Shown here piece by piece: positions 1-36,329 of a stretch of 64,000 bases of DNA. The notes under the pieces were generated by a model. It was not told where the DNA came from, did not search any database, and saw only the letters and a list, made by a program, of their open reading frames with translations. The position numbers and the translations under genes were made by a program. This DNA comes from Bugula neritina (taxonomy: Eukaryota > Animalia > Bryozoa), in contig OZ037768.1 of the NCBI GenBank assembly GCA_964035545.1, positions 3,504,741 to 3,568,740 of the forward strand, written 5' to 3'. How positions within the stretch are numbered: position 1 is the first letter of the stretch; each line of letters begins with the position of its first letter.

Positions 1-59
1 AGCTGAAACTGCTCTTTTATCAGAACACTATGACCATCAATAATCAACATGAATATGAT

Positions 60-1600
60 GATTTTCAAATACCAAGTCTATTACTATTAGTATTAATAAT
101 AATATTATAGTAATACTAATAGTAATACTAATAGTAATACTAATAGTAATACTAATAGTGATAACTGTTAAGTAATAATTATTTTAGTATAAACTAATAC
201 TAAGTCTAATGTCTAATACTAATAGTAATAGATCTAACTCTTGTTTTATAAAATAAGAGTAATTACTAATTACTAATTACTATTAGTATTAGTAATTACA
301 GTCTACAGAATAAAACATAGGGATAATGATAGTCAAAATTATTCAATATACGTCACCATGACCATAATGATTATAATTTAGAAATTAAAATAATCTAACT
401 ATGATCACTACTTCACGTTTTTGTTGATCATACTCATAGTAATAAGATTAACTTCAACTCAGTAGACTAGTTAGTGTGAGTGCATCTTCCTATTTGAATT
501 TTATAAAACGCACGTGGGTTATTCCGATAGTACTGGTTCTGAGTAACTGTAGTGCATCTCAGAATAATTCTTATATACTCAGTAATTTTATATGCTAGCT
601 AAGGCTAAAAATAATATTGCTATACAGGAAGCGCTGTATCGCAAAGAGCGTATTCATTTGCGCGGATCGCTTTCATAAAGCGTAATTGTCTTCACCCAAT
701 AAATACGTGACGCCGTAAACCGATTGAAACAAGTTTTTGGGTCAAATATTCACTCACACTGACACTGAACTATGCTAGTAAATTGAGCATTGGAGGCTAC
801 TCAGCGTTACGCTAAATTAGAGTCAGTTACGGTCATATAGCTGCACTGTTAATAGTAATAAGCTCAGTCAATACTAATAGTAGTAGACTTAGTCTTACTT
901 TTACGGTTACTGTTACTGTTAGTGTTAGTGTTAGTGTTACACTTAATCTTAATTCTTATGAGTTATGGCTTACTGTTACTCAGTTACTGTTAGACTTAGT
1001 GTTAGACAAGTTTAGTCTTACAGTATGAGTATGGCTATGACTATGGGTATCACTCTCTCACGATCAGTATGACTATCACTATGATTATGAGTTATGACTA
1101 TGAAGTATGAGTCGTCTCATGGTGATGGTGATGGTCATTCACTTCATTGTGATTGTATTTGTCATACCGACTCCGAGTACTCATTATGATTATGATTATG
1201 ATGATCACTATATCACAAAATAAAAATGTGAATCACATTCAGCTTCACAGTCAATGTATTTGTAATATATTTATAATCATAATGATAAGCACTATAATCA
1301 GACATTAGACTTAGTAGCTATAACTATAATACTAATAGTGATCATATTGATATTCATAATGATAATCATTATTCATTAGTTTAAAGATAAATTTAAGATA
1401 AGTGTCAGTATGATAATCAAATTAATATTGTTAGTATAAGTATAAGTATTAATTTGATTTTATAGTTAATAGTTACTGTTGGTAAGTTACTATTACACTT
1501 ATAGTAATACTAATACTAATAGTAATACTGATATTCTAATATTAATGAACTAATAGTAATGAACTAATAGTGATGGTATAAAATTATTTTGTTTCAAATC
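60..1600. promoter_or_regulatory. Putative ARHGAP39 (possibly bidirectional) promoter: CpG-containing core flanked on both sides by 6-bp-periodic tracts
   Basis: Local CpG enrichment at ~500-830 with CACGTG (511), CCAAT and TGACG (~697-712). Degenerate hexamer lattices lie at ~60-420 and ~840-1600. The ATG exon (4498-4584) begins with an acceptor, which implies an upstream non-coding exon. Confidence 0.5.
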
Positions 1601-4573
1601 TATTTTAAGATTGATAATAAACTATTATCATATATTTAAGATATAAATATTTATATTATATATTAAATTAAATATTTAGATTAAATTTAATTTATTTTAG
1701 AATATTTTTACTCATAGTGTAAGTTTTCCTGTGTTCAGTACTGTCATTGTGGTGTGATTATAGCATTATATTTATTGGCTATGCTTATTTAAATATTTTG
1801 ATTATAATGATGGTTTTGTACTTATAACTCAAGTGTAGTACTAGTTTAATAAAAATGTAAAAATAACTGTCAAAATTACATCACAATGAACTAATGTAGT
1901 AAATAAAAGGGCTGTGTAACATCTCTAGTAATAAGATATGACTGTATTCAATAAGCCTATAGAGAGATTAGAAATACAGTTTCAATAACAAGAAAAAGTC
2001 TAACCGGCTAGTGAAGAGTGCAATATGGGATTGCACCAATCAGTATCTGTGATGGGAAATTTCGTTATGTTCCTGACAATTTTTGTCCTTAGAATGAAAT
2101 TGTCATGGTGTTTGCTTTTGTTGACACTCACTTATCTTCGAATCCTTTAAGCATGCAGCTTTGTTTGTAGTACAGATGCAGATGGTTGGTTTACTATGTC
2201 GTCATAGGCTGCAGATAGTGCTTAGTGGTGCTCTCTAGCTATGTGCAAGTGTAGGTTAACAAGTCGGCCTTCACATGCTCTGCAGAGTTTGAGGTCTCAT
2301 TTCTGCATGACTAGTTTACTTGGTCTTTCATACCACAGAGGAAGTGAACAGCATCAACTTGCACGTTCTCTAATTCAGCAACTCGGTTTTTTTTTTCAAA
2401 TAGGTTACATGCTGCATTATCTATATGTGAGAGACATAAATAGTTGTATGCAATTTCTTTTACTTCCTGGGATTTCTAGTGTAATACTTGTTTTATGTTG
2501 TGCAGTTGTCTTTTGGTTTTCCTAGCCTTCTGTCTGATGTGCAAATGGAACTGGCAGCCTAATTCTATTGTTAACGTTATTTCAGTATAAGGTTAGGAAA
2601 AATAATTTTATTGTTATTGCTGTTGATTACGAATTTACCTCAAGAACTAAAAGCTTTTGAAAACAACAGTAACTATAAGACTAAGCGAAATTTAAATATT
2701 AGTTATAATGCTAATTTTAATCATCATGATCACTGGAAACTCAAGTAAAACTAAATAGCAAATATAAAACATATGAGACACAGACCATTTTACTGTTGAA
2801 ATTTAGTCTTAAATTTTCTTTGGAATTCGTCATTGATGTGACAATCAAAGTAACAATATAAATTAATTATATTAACTTAATGACAGGGATGTAACACTTG
2901 CAAGTTTAAATCTGATTACAAATGTCATTTTACTTTCATATTAACCAATTTATACCTTTTATATATAGCTTTTGTTTGATTTTTAGTAATGTAGTTTGCA
3001 TACTTCAGTAGTTTTAGTACACAGTGGTAAATAAAGTCTCATAGTATTGAGGGTATTCACTGTGTGGGTCAGAGTTCATGGCCTACCCCACTCTTCTTTG
3101 ATTATAGCATCTGCACTGCTCCACTCACTCTTAGAGTTACTTTGAATATTGTCACTTATAATTTTTGTGTGAAAATAAGAAAATCTAGATTTATTAAAGC
3201 CATCAATCTACTGGATTGAGTGTAATTTGCCGTTGTATCGCCTTTAAAATTGAAATTGCTTCTATTTTTAAGGTTGAGTAATAAATATGATACTGATTGT
3301 ATCATTATCATAAGGTTGGAGAGTAATGATCAATATGAACGTTGTTATCATTATGATGGCAGCGATACTCATAATGATTTACAGTGATAAAAAGTATTTA
3401 GTTGTATCTAGTAAGGAGTATTTACAATTGTATGGAAACTGGTCCTTCATGCATTGACATTACTATTATATGAATTCTATCTACCAGATTATTGTACGTT
3501 GATATTGATTCAGCTGAGTGATCCAGCTCATTCATTAGTTCCTTATTGTTAGCTTTGTATGTACCATTTACATGTTTGAAATATACCTAAATTTAAACTG
3601 ACTATCAATCTTACAAACACTCCCACTTTTTAGTCTTTCAGTTCAGCTAAAGAATATTTTGTATTGTTATTGTTTTATGAATGAATGCAGTCATGTTCAG
3701 TGTTAGTTTCACTATAGCTATGACTAATGCTATCAATATGCAAATCTTATTCTCACAACTGTTAGTACTGAGAAAAACTTTTTACTATTTTTCTCACTCT
3801 TGGTGTGACGGACTTACTGCCAAGTTTAAAGCCAACTGCTTTTCAGTTATTTGATAATCTTGTAACCTTTTCTAATACGGTAGCATTTTACACTGTGACT
3901 ATGTATTTGGGTGGATGTATTTTTATTGAATTATGGAGCATGTAGTTCTATAAAAATAACACATTTCACTTCATCTCCACCACTGAATTCAGAAATTAAA
4001 AGTGCAAATTTGTCATTTTAAATTTTAAATCACTTGTATTCTCATAAACCATATGTGGAACAAGAATTCGTATGCTCTATGCTGTAATTCAATTGTTTTA
4101 AGCACCATTGTCTCTAGTGTGTCTTGTATTTCTACTGTGCTTTAATTCCCCATTTGATAATATTGCAGAAAGATTACAAAATATGTTGTCTGATGCTTTA
4201 CTTTTGATATCTGATAGCGAAGTACCATTTTGGCTCTAAATGTAGCTGCACAGCGAATAAAAGTCATTGTAGAGATCAAATCGAAAAACGCTGGTAAATT
4301 TGGGGTGCTTTATATTATAGCAGCAATTTTTATGCGGCAGATATAATTTAACTAGTGTTAGTTGTAGCAGCTCTTTTTATTGCAATCTCAATTATATGTA
4401 TAAAATATGTTTGTCTTGTCCTATTTATATCAAAGTAGAGTGATGTACTCTCTTTGCTGTGTTGGCATGTAATATATGCTGTATCTTATATATTTAGGAC
4501 AGCATGAAACGCCATAAGTGTGTGTTGCCACGTTGCCAAATCTTCTGACTCCTACTGGAGATATTGAACCAGA

Positions 4574-27003
<22,430 letters not shown>

Positions 27004-28184
27004 TGCTGGTGCTTTTCTCAATGAAATAATATAAAATATATTTCTTTCATTCTCCTAGTGTTCAAGCTGGTTCTAGCATTAAATCAATCTGCTGTTACAT
27101 AACTCTTTTTTGTATTATTCTTCTGCCTACTTTTACATACTTTATATCTTATCTGGCTATTTCATGATGCCAAACAAGTTTTAGTGCACTTTTAGAAATT
27201 ATTTAAAAGCCATAAATAGAGAATTTTTATATTGATTTGTAAAGGAAATCATTTTAATTAATCATGATATTATTGAGGTTTTAAATATTGTTGTATATAT
27301 ATTCTATACTTTGTACATAAATTCACTAAGTTATTGAGATTCTTTTTCATATAGAGTTTTGAATATTGGCAAAGCTTAAGTATTTAGTTAACTTGCAAGC
27401 TCCTACCCATATTGCTGATCATTGTTGTTTTATAATACCTGTGCTGATTTTGTAACGAGATAATAGATTGCAACTGTTTTCCACTCTAAAAATACACATT
27501 ACCTAAAAGAGAGGTTTCTCCAACTACTGATTAAATTCTATTTGTAACATTGTGCTTTGCTTCAATTGCTGGCTGAAATTTCTTCTGCCAAAAGACAAGA
27601 ATTTTGTGCTTTTAGGCTGTCTTTATTTTGTGTAGCTATTAAACATTACAAGTTGCTGTGCTTAGAAAGCAAGCCTCTGTTTTACACAAGCTGGTATTGT
27701 GTAGTGCACATGAGAAAAGCTAAAAGGAAATTTTGAGTTCCAAACAAGCTGCCGTCATTAAATTGCGATTTGCGAGGTCTAAGTTTCAGTTCACTTCTCT
27801 AGAATAAAATTTAATCATGCACATTACAGTATATTCATGTTGCATCCATGGAAGGAGGAGGCTGCTTGTTTTTTATAGTATTTTATAAGGTATATTTTAC
27901 CAGGTACTATTTGAGTGAATGATTGATTTAGCTAACATTGCTGTTGCCCGAGTGCTTCCATCTGCCCACACCAGTTTCTTTGGGCAAATACTAATCATGC
28001 ATCATGAAATGACAATTGTCTGCTATATAGTACTATACTTAGAAAACGGAACTTTGGGGTGTATTTCAAATTTTAATTTATTTCTAAATTATATTAAATT
28101 AACAGCAATAACAATATGTTTATCACAATAAATAAATTTTCTTTAATATAAAAATAATTGATGAGGTTTTGCTTTCAACTGTCA

Positions 28185-28359
28185 TGGTTAACCAATGCGT
28201 AGGTGGTTAGCCTGGCACGTGTCACACAAGCAGAAGACGACAGGTGACGGCAGTTCTGCTCGACATATCAGCGCAAAATAATATATTTGTTTATCATCAT
28301 TTCAAAAAATACGCAGTTTTTAGAGCAAGATAGTTATTAATATAAGTATACCAGACACC
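28185..28359 (+). promoter_or_regulatory. Core promoter / 5' UTR of the OTU gene
   Basis: GC/CpG-richer patch with CCAAT (~28192) and E-box CACGTG (~28216), between the ARHGAP39 AATAAA signals (~27803, ~28127) and ATG 28360. Confidence 0.5.
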
Positions 28360-31300
28360 ATGAGGTTAGATCAGCTAGAAAGAAGTTCACCAGTTGACTC
28401 TTGGCTCTTAAAAGCTCATAACAAATTCAGGATTCAAATACCCAAAGACGAAAACTGCTTATACAAAGCGGTTGCTGAACAGGTACAACAGTATATTTTG
28501 GTTTCATTTGAACTTGTGTTGTACAATTGCTAATAGTAGTAATAATATTAATAGTCATAATGTTATTTGAATATCAATGTGAATGTCAATAATTAACATC
28601 AAGTTTTAGTTAATAACTTGCAAGTTATGGTTATTGATGACAAAGTAAAATAATACTCATACTCATACTGACCTGTCTTCTGAATTTGAAGAAATAATAA
28701 TATATTAATTATTAGCATGAGCTTAGTAATACATGTATTGATGGTAGTACTAATCGTAATAGCAATGCTAACCCAAAATTCAAATAGGTATGGTGTTGAA
28801 CTTGAAGTTGATGCCGGTTTTAATAGTCCTATAGTTAAATAAATTAAATTATAGTTATACCCACTCTAAATCAGAAAGTAAATAATATTATAGTTGAACT
28901 TTAAGTAAGCAATTAGTTGCACATCTAGCATTTTATTTCTACATTCACCTCAGATCCATGTTGAAAATTAAACTATAACTAAATATATAGTATTAATTCA
29001 ATTATCAAATTAATGATTAATTTTACCTGTTGATTTACTTTTAGGGATTCTAAATTTGACTTATTACTAAATAAGCAAGCATATTGCTATTGGCATAAGG
29101 CTATGATGATTATTATTACATCTTGACTTGCAGTTACTACAATTCTCAAGTATTTTTAACTTGACATTAGGAAATGGTTCTTTGTAAAATCCAATATCAG
29201 TATATTGTTTGTATTGTTCAAATATACACTGCAATAATCTCATTGGCAATCAGAATGTATGTAATGCTTATAATTTATAATAATTCTGGTTGTTATGCAC
29301 ACTTAGTTGTACCCATGCCAGAATTACTATCAGAAGGTAAAAGACAGATGTTTCAGTTACTCTACTTCAAATGGAGTTGGGGACTTTGAGGTAATGTTAT
29401 ATGTTGGCCGGTCATCTTATGGTATTATTGCACGCTGTAGCTGCTGTATTCTAGCTTTTTTAGCTCGCACACCTTAATATAAATGTCGACGTGACATTTC
29501 TGGTTATAGGATCTCACTACTTCTAAGAAACTCGAGATTGTATCCAAAGTATATCAGCGAAATGTAATCTTGTTCTCCACCGAGGGTAAAGAACCTACAA
29601 CAATTGGTAAATTTTCTGGCACTAAAATGGTAAGTATAATGCAAAAATTGCGTCATATTTCTTACATAATTTTGTATAGTAGATATTGTTAATGTCCTAG
29701 TTTTTTCAGTTTCACTGTAGACATATTTTAGAATAGTAAATGTGAATATCTTGAGATGTTTGTTTTGAAAAGCCTAAGGGTAAAATAATTAATAACTTAC
29801 ATAGATAAGTAGATCATTAATTATACAAATAAAAACATTTTGTTGAAAGAAGCAAAGTAATGGTCATATTTATGTACATTTGTTAGTTTATTTTAGTATT
29901 GTTTTATTTGGCTACACTTTTCAATAGCTGTAGTTGTGTAATATAGTCTGCTACAATAAAGCTAGGGAAAGCTGCTGCATGCTTTTTTCAAATAGCTGCA
30001 ACCCTATAAGCTCAGCTACAGGCTATTGTACATACATGCAGTATATATTTACTCTTGCATGCGTTCATCTATAGGACATATTTCTGAGAGCTGATGAAGA
30101 TGGTTTCTTTGAATGTATCAAGTCAATAGAATATATGAAGACAGCGGCATTCTGTCAATGTAGGTGTCTACAGACTAACTACATAAATCATATTCTGGTT
30201 TCTAATTAAACTTGGCACGTGGGTAGTGGTGGCTCTGTAATGGGTCAGTGTGCTCTGCAGCTGTTTGTGGTATGTATGTTTATTGCCTATAATGAATATC
30301 TGAGTTGTTCAATCTGTATAGATGTTGGTTTCTATAGCCCTGGTGTATGAAAAGCTGTATGAAAGTTTTGGGGTGTCAAAGAGAGAGCAACACGAGGCTA
30401 TTTCTAATGTTAGAACTAAAGTCTATAACATACATCAGAAGAATTATGGATCATATGATAACAAGAACCATTCTACACTTCAAGAAGTAAATCTACTCAT
30501 TTCTGTTCCTTTTTTATGTAAGACCTTGTGTAAAATGCTAGTCTGTTAGATAAATCAGATGTTTTTAGCATTTTAATGAGCTTTCCTTTGATCGAACTTC
30601 AGGGTGCAGACATGAAAGAGATGGCTAGTCCTACACCCTCAGCCGTTCCCATTGGGCCACCATTTCCTTTCAGAGTGGTCAAATCTCTTGACCCTTCATT
30701 CTACAGAAACTCGCAGTATGACTTGTGGATCGATTCCAAAAAAGGTGTCTTATCAGTTTCATCTGCATGTTGTTTTTTGGCTGTTTTGTAGTTTTATATT
30801 AACATTTCAGATTGGAATAAAAGTGATGGAATTGAGTATTATTTTATTCAAGTCCAATGCTGCTTCAATTATACAGTATTTTGTTGGCAGCAAATATATG
30901 GGGAATGAACACATTTATCGAATGTAAAATAATAATAGTGACACAATTGTTATTTTGTTATAGTTAATGAACAGAAAATAAAACAAGGAGATAAAGTGTT
31001 TGTGAAACAGGCCAGTAGTGAATCTACTGATGAACAATGTATTGGTCATGTTCAAAAAATTTCTGATGACTTATCTACAGCCGATGTCTATGTTGAAAAG
31101 ATAAGTGGAGTGTAAGTATTCGTGAAGTTTCAAATTATAGATTTTATAGAGAAGTTATCCTCTCATAAATATTGGTGATAACTCTGCTTTGTTGTAAACC
31201 AAATAGCATTTGTGAGAAAGATTTGAGATAAAAATGAGTTTTACCAACAAACAGTTTGCAAGAAATTCTTTTGACTTATTAGGACAGCTACACTTGGAGT

Positions 31301-33289
31301 TATTCTCTCCACAGCTACACTTGGATTTATTATTGTAAAGCGCATGCTGCTGTAGTCTTACCAGGGAAATTAGCAGGAGATGCAAACTTGAAGAGAGTTT
31401 ATAACTCGCTATAAACTCTGGTGGATAATTAATTTGATGCACATTATGTTTATATGTAGACTGTCTCTTGATACCAGTCTGATCACCAAAGTACCCACTC
31501 CCAAGCATCATGCCACTAAAGGTAGACGGGATGTAAGTGATATAAGTTTATTAGTTTCCGTGGTTATACTTTTTGGCTGCACAGTCTGAAAATGTTGTGT
31601 AATGTTTCTTGATACTAAATTGTAGAAACTTTCACCAGAAGGAGACAACTCTAACCGACCTCTTCACAGGTCCCAATCAGCTCCTTTACCTGGACTTCCA
31701 GCAACACCGATATCTCCACATCTGGCTACAAATTTCGTTAACATACCAGTAAATCATTGTTATCCAATGACAGCTATGCATTCTCAACAACCGCAAGTTC
31801 AGTCAGTTCCAACAACAAACGTGATAAACATAGGACAAACGTATAGCCAGGTTTGTGTGCTCAGGTGTAATATGAAATTGATTATTTAGGTGTTACCTTG
31901 CAGTACTGAATAAAAATATGTCTGGGTTACAGGGAAGACTGCCCAGCGTGTTTCCTGTAGTTGGACCTAGTTATTCCCCCATGCAAGTGATGTACAGTGG
32001 CAACTCCAACCAGTCTGCAACTGCAGCTGAATACTATGCGGCTCCTTCACAACCACTTGCGCAACCTGCCACCGTGCCTGCTCAGTATACTGCTCCAGCA
32101 GTCTCTGTACAGCAGCCATACCACCACTTACCACCATCTCCTCCACAATATTCTGTGGTCGTGCCTCCTGCTTCACAATACTATGCCAATTCAGCAACAG
32201 GTACGTTTCTTGCAAGCCATATGTTTTACTCTCAGAACAGCGGGTTTGTCCTCAGGTGTTGTTTCTCATTTAATGCATTTTTACCTTTATTACTCGCAAA
32301 CTATTACTTGTTGAGTAAGTAGTGTACTATCTTGCAGGCTATGAGACTTTGTGCCATAAATCACCACCAGATAGCTATAGCCAAAGTGTGGCTGCTCAGC
32401 CTTCTGTGTTTGTACCTGGTCAAAACCCCCAGAGCTCTGGACTGTTGGTTGTACCTCAACCACCATCTCAGCACCCCTCCTTCTTGCCATTTGTTGTTCC
32501 GTACCAAGGAACCTATGGCCTTGGTGAGTGATTGCTGCTAACCACACTTGTTACCTAACTGCTTTTGCTTGGTCTAATGTTTAATGATGAAACATTTGAT
32601 GCTAAATTTATCTTGTTGCTGTTATACTTTTCACTGCTTATTGTGAGTTGGCTAAAGAGATCCAGTAATTAAAATAAAAATAGTTCCAATATTGGCTCAA
32701 CACAAATACTTGCTGTGTATCATTTGAAAGTTTATTGAAATAATGGTGAATTCCAGCCACTTGTAATCACTGTTGATGTTTTAGTAAATGTAAATGCTGC
32801 ACCAAGCCAAGATCAACAAGGCAGGGATCTTCCACAAAATGATGGGAACACCCTGAGATATTTCTTCAATGTAGGCATTGCTGTAAGTTTTATTTTAGTG
32901 CAAGGTGTTCAATCAACTAGTATTATAACTGATGGCTTATATTATACATGTATATTAGCTTTTTGTTTTCTTACTACTAGATTCGCTATATTGAGGAAAA
33001 ATGGCTTGTAGACTCGGTCAATTACTGTCTTTGTTCAGTTTATCTGTTACATCAAGATATTTCTATTTCTTCCAACTGGTCTGAAGTCATGTCTTTTATT
33101 TGTTTAACTGCATCAATTATTTACTTGCCATTTCATTTCAGCTTGATAAAACATGAAAGAATATTTTGTTACCCAATTTCATTTTAGTGCACTAGTTACT
33201 TTCGAAACATTGCTGCCAACGCTATGCACAATAACAGAATCCCTTCACCACATGAAAGGTTTTACCAAGAATCAGCAAGCACTCAATAG
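28360..33289 (+). CDS. OTUD4/ALG13/ovarian-tumor family protein (OTU domain + Tudor + P/Q/Y-rich tail), ~600 aa, 13 exons; probably catalytically impaired
   Basis: Exons 28360-28482, 29307-29390, 29510-29629, 30075-30159, 30338-30486, 30603-30744, 30964-31111, 31460-31532, 31626-31850, 31933-32200, 32338-32523, 32785-32882, 33188-33289 splice in frame (1803 nt). Family motifs: IPKDENCLYKAVAEQ (OTU Cys box), TAAFCQSLVYEKLYE, PFPFRVVKSLDPSFYRNSQYDLWIDSKK, Tudor-like GDKVFV...GHVQKI...VYVEKI, and C-terminal GRDLPQNDGNTLRYFFNVGI. Confidence 0.85.
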
Positions 33290-33845
33290 CTAGGGTTGTA
33301 GTTTTTGTTCATTATTTTAGTTTGACTTTATTAGTTAACACCTTTTTGCTACAATGAATGGGAAATTCATTTATAACTATTATCATAGCATTTTATTTCT
33401 ATGACCTCTTTGTTAAACTATAAGATCTAGTCTATTTAGACAAACCTTATATAAATTAGTATTTAATAATATTTTTGTTGAGCACAGATATTGTGAGATG
33501 CTTGCCTAGCAGAAAGATTAATAGTTGCCCAAATTAGTATAATCTTTGACATGAATCAAAGCATGTTTCTATAATTGTGCTTTAAAGATTTTAGTAAGAT
33601 TTCTCATAACTAATCAAGTATATAATTTATGGTTTTTCCTACTGTTGAAATTCGGAAGTCAACTAGAGTTCATATTTTTGTATTTAACCGTTTTATTGTT
33701 AAGTACAGCTGTACTGTTTACTACGATGTTGTAGTACTTTGACAAAATGTATACTCATGCTTTTGATTTGTTTTACTTTGTCATGTGTTGACAATTTTTT
33801 TACATTGTGTAGTTTGTTTAAATAAAACATTGTAATAAAAATATA

Positions 33846-36299
33846 TCAAGGCTGATCAATTTTTGGCTTTTTGCTCTGAGTTGGTTCATCGACTGTTTCT
33901 TTACACATCATTATGTCCCACATGAGTGGAAACTCTGCACACAGCATTTCCTTATTTGGGGCCACATTGCGAACTCTTCTACAGTGCTTCCGTAAAATGT
34001 GTTGTGTTTTTAATTTGAGCACTTTGCTTATCCTTTGAGCAACATCCTGTTCGTAATCTTTGTCTGCAACTATAAAAGTGAGATTCATGTAATTCTTCAG
34101 TAATAAAACGTTCTTAATAGTGATGACTGCTGCATGCACATGAAAATCCAGAAATAACGGTTTGCTTTGAAGTATATTCTCCAGATCTATAGGGTGTCGA
34201 CCCTGAAGAGTTGAACTAGTTGTGAATTTCAAGAAATAAAATGCTTCAAATTAAATGGGTAAAATTTTCTCAAATCTTGTTTTAAAATAGTGATGCAAAT
34301 AGGCAATACCAAAACTATTCTTACTGTATTGGGACTTAGTGCATACATACCGTTACTAAAGCAGTAGCAGTGTACATTTATTGGACACCTAGTAATGGTG
34401 CTCCGGTCTACATCTTGAAGTAATCCTACAAATGAATCCATGAATTCTATAGCCAGGGCTGGTAAATTCATCACTACCACTAGTGGCTTGTTGCTGCCAA
34501 GATGGGAGATGATACTTGGCTTTACTACATCTTTGATGAACTGCCGACCATCCATATTATAGGATTTATATTCTCCTGTAATAATGAGTACAAATCAACA
34601 ATTAATTTAGAGACTTACATTTTTGTGCTAGCAGCATGTTTTCGTGACTCGATTACGCAATAAAATTAATGCATGAAAGCATTTAAAATTTATCATCAAC
34701 AAGAGCTGGAAAACCTAACTTGTTCAGAAATTGCAGTTCTATCTACAAAATTTGAAGTGTGAGATTCACAACATCATAAAAGTTTGGTTGCATTTGCTTA
34801 CCTTTCACTTTGTTGGCTGCGAGGTTTCTGGACAGAAACTTATAAGAGTGAGGATTCAAATCATTGCAATAGACAGTGGCCAACTTTTTAGCTGCAGGCA
34901 CAGCAAATGGGCCAACACCAGCAAACACATCGTATAAAACAGTGTCTGGAGTAATGGATGATATGATACGCTCATGTTCTGTACCTGTCAGCATGGCAAA
35001 CAGAACAAGTAACAATCACTGCTATAAATAACTTTTATCAATTTATTACACTTCAAGCAGCTGAATTTACTATACTGTAGTTCAACAGTAAATGTTTTAT
35101 ATAAATTTTGATAGAACTTTACTTGAAAAATAATTAGAATTCATTAAAACCACAGACCGAATGTAGCCCACTTACCAAGCCTTGAGTTCCAATAGACTTT
35201 TGAAAAGTCAAACTGAAATGTGCAGCCATTTTCTTTTACTGTGACATTCATGTCGTCTTTACCAGCAACAAGTTCCATGGCAAAGTTTCTGTAAGTATTG
35301 TCAATGTTATCAGTTTTATTCACCACACTTTGTAAATTCATGTGTTTATCTAACAACACTTCACCTAAAATTGAAATATTTTTGTTTAAATATTAGGATT
35401 CTGAAACATTTTTATATCGAGCAATTTAAATAATCAAGTTTCTAGGATACTATACACTTTTAGCCAGTTCAGGCTCAAAGTGATGATGATGAACGCACGT
35501 TAGTTTGGAATAACTAAAAACTGATAATCATAAGATTGCTATTTTATTCTAAATAAGTGTTTATGCTAAAATCAGTTTAAAATGAAGCTCAAGAGAGCAT
35601 GCTAATGATAATATGATTGTACAATACAACTGGTTATACTTAAATTTAAACTATCGCCATAGCACAAAATATAAATCAAGAGGTATTCTAATAGCCACTT
35701 ACCTATGACCGATTTATACGGGGCATGAGTTTCTTTAAGATTCAAGTGAGCAACATGGCCAACCACTGAAAATCCAGTGACAGCAGGAATATTAGGTGGT
35801 AATACAGATTTCAGAACTTCTTCTGCAGACCAGTTCTCATAGCCCAACTCTAGCTCGTACGTGATAAACTCAATGTTCTGGTAACACACATACACCGTTA
35901 TGTCACACTAACAACACTCTAATTCTGTGTGCATCATTGCATTGACCCACTGTATCTTCATTGAAATAACATAAGAATGTTACATTACAGCTAATGAAAT
36001 TGCTGAAAAATAGAATTTACCTGTGAAAGTTCATCAGTGTCTACGAAGATAGACTTTGCTGAATCTATTGAAGCATATTGTGTTGGATCCAAAAGAATTA
36101 TCCGTTTTTCAGAGTCATACTCTCTTACAGCTTTCAAATTTCGAATAGAAAGAATATGTTTTTTCAATTTTTTCATCAAATTTCCAATAATTTTATTACT
36201 AGCGATTATCCCAATAACTGGAACAGTTTTCTTAAACATCTCCTTGTCTAACAATGTCACTCCACGTACAGAACCAGGTGGGCTTAGCAAGGCTTCCAT
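33846..36299 (-). CDS. TRMT5: tRNA (guanine(37)-N1)-methyltransferase TRM5, ~424 aa from the first clear Met
   Basis: Minus-strand exons 36299-36021 (acceptor at 36320), 35877-35703, 35364-35176, 34984-34802, 34575-34351, 34069(or 34063)-33846. Motifs: [65 protein letters not shown]-binding [59 protein letters not shown]. An upstream exon exists (frame open back to the acceptor) but was not resolved. Confidence 0.93.
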
Positions 36300-36329
36300 T
36301 TCTAGTTCAGACTTCACTTGCTGATAAAA

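Noticed and set aside
35479-35524. GTGATGA...CTGA, C/D-box snoRNA-like
   Set aside because: Too short, antisense to the host intron, and no terminal stem.
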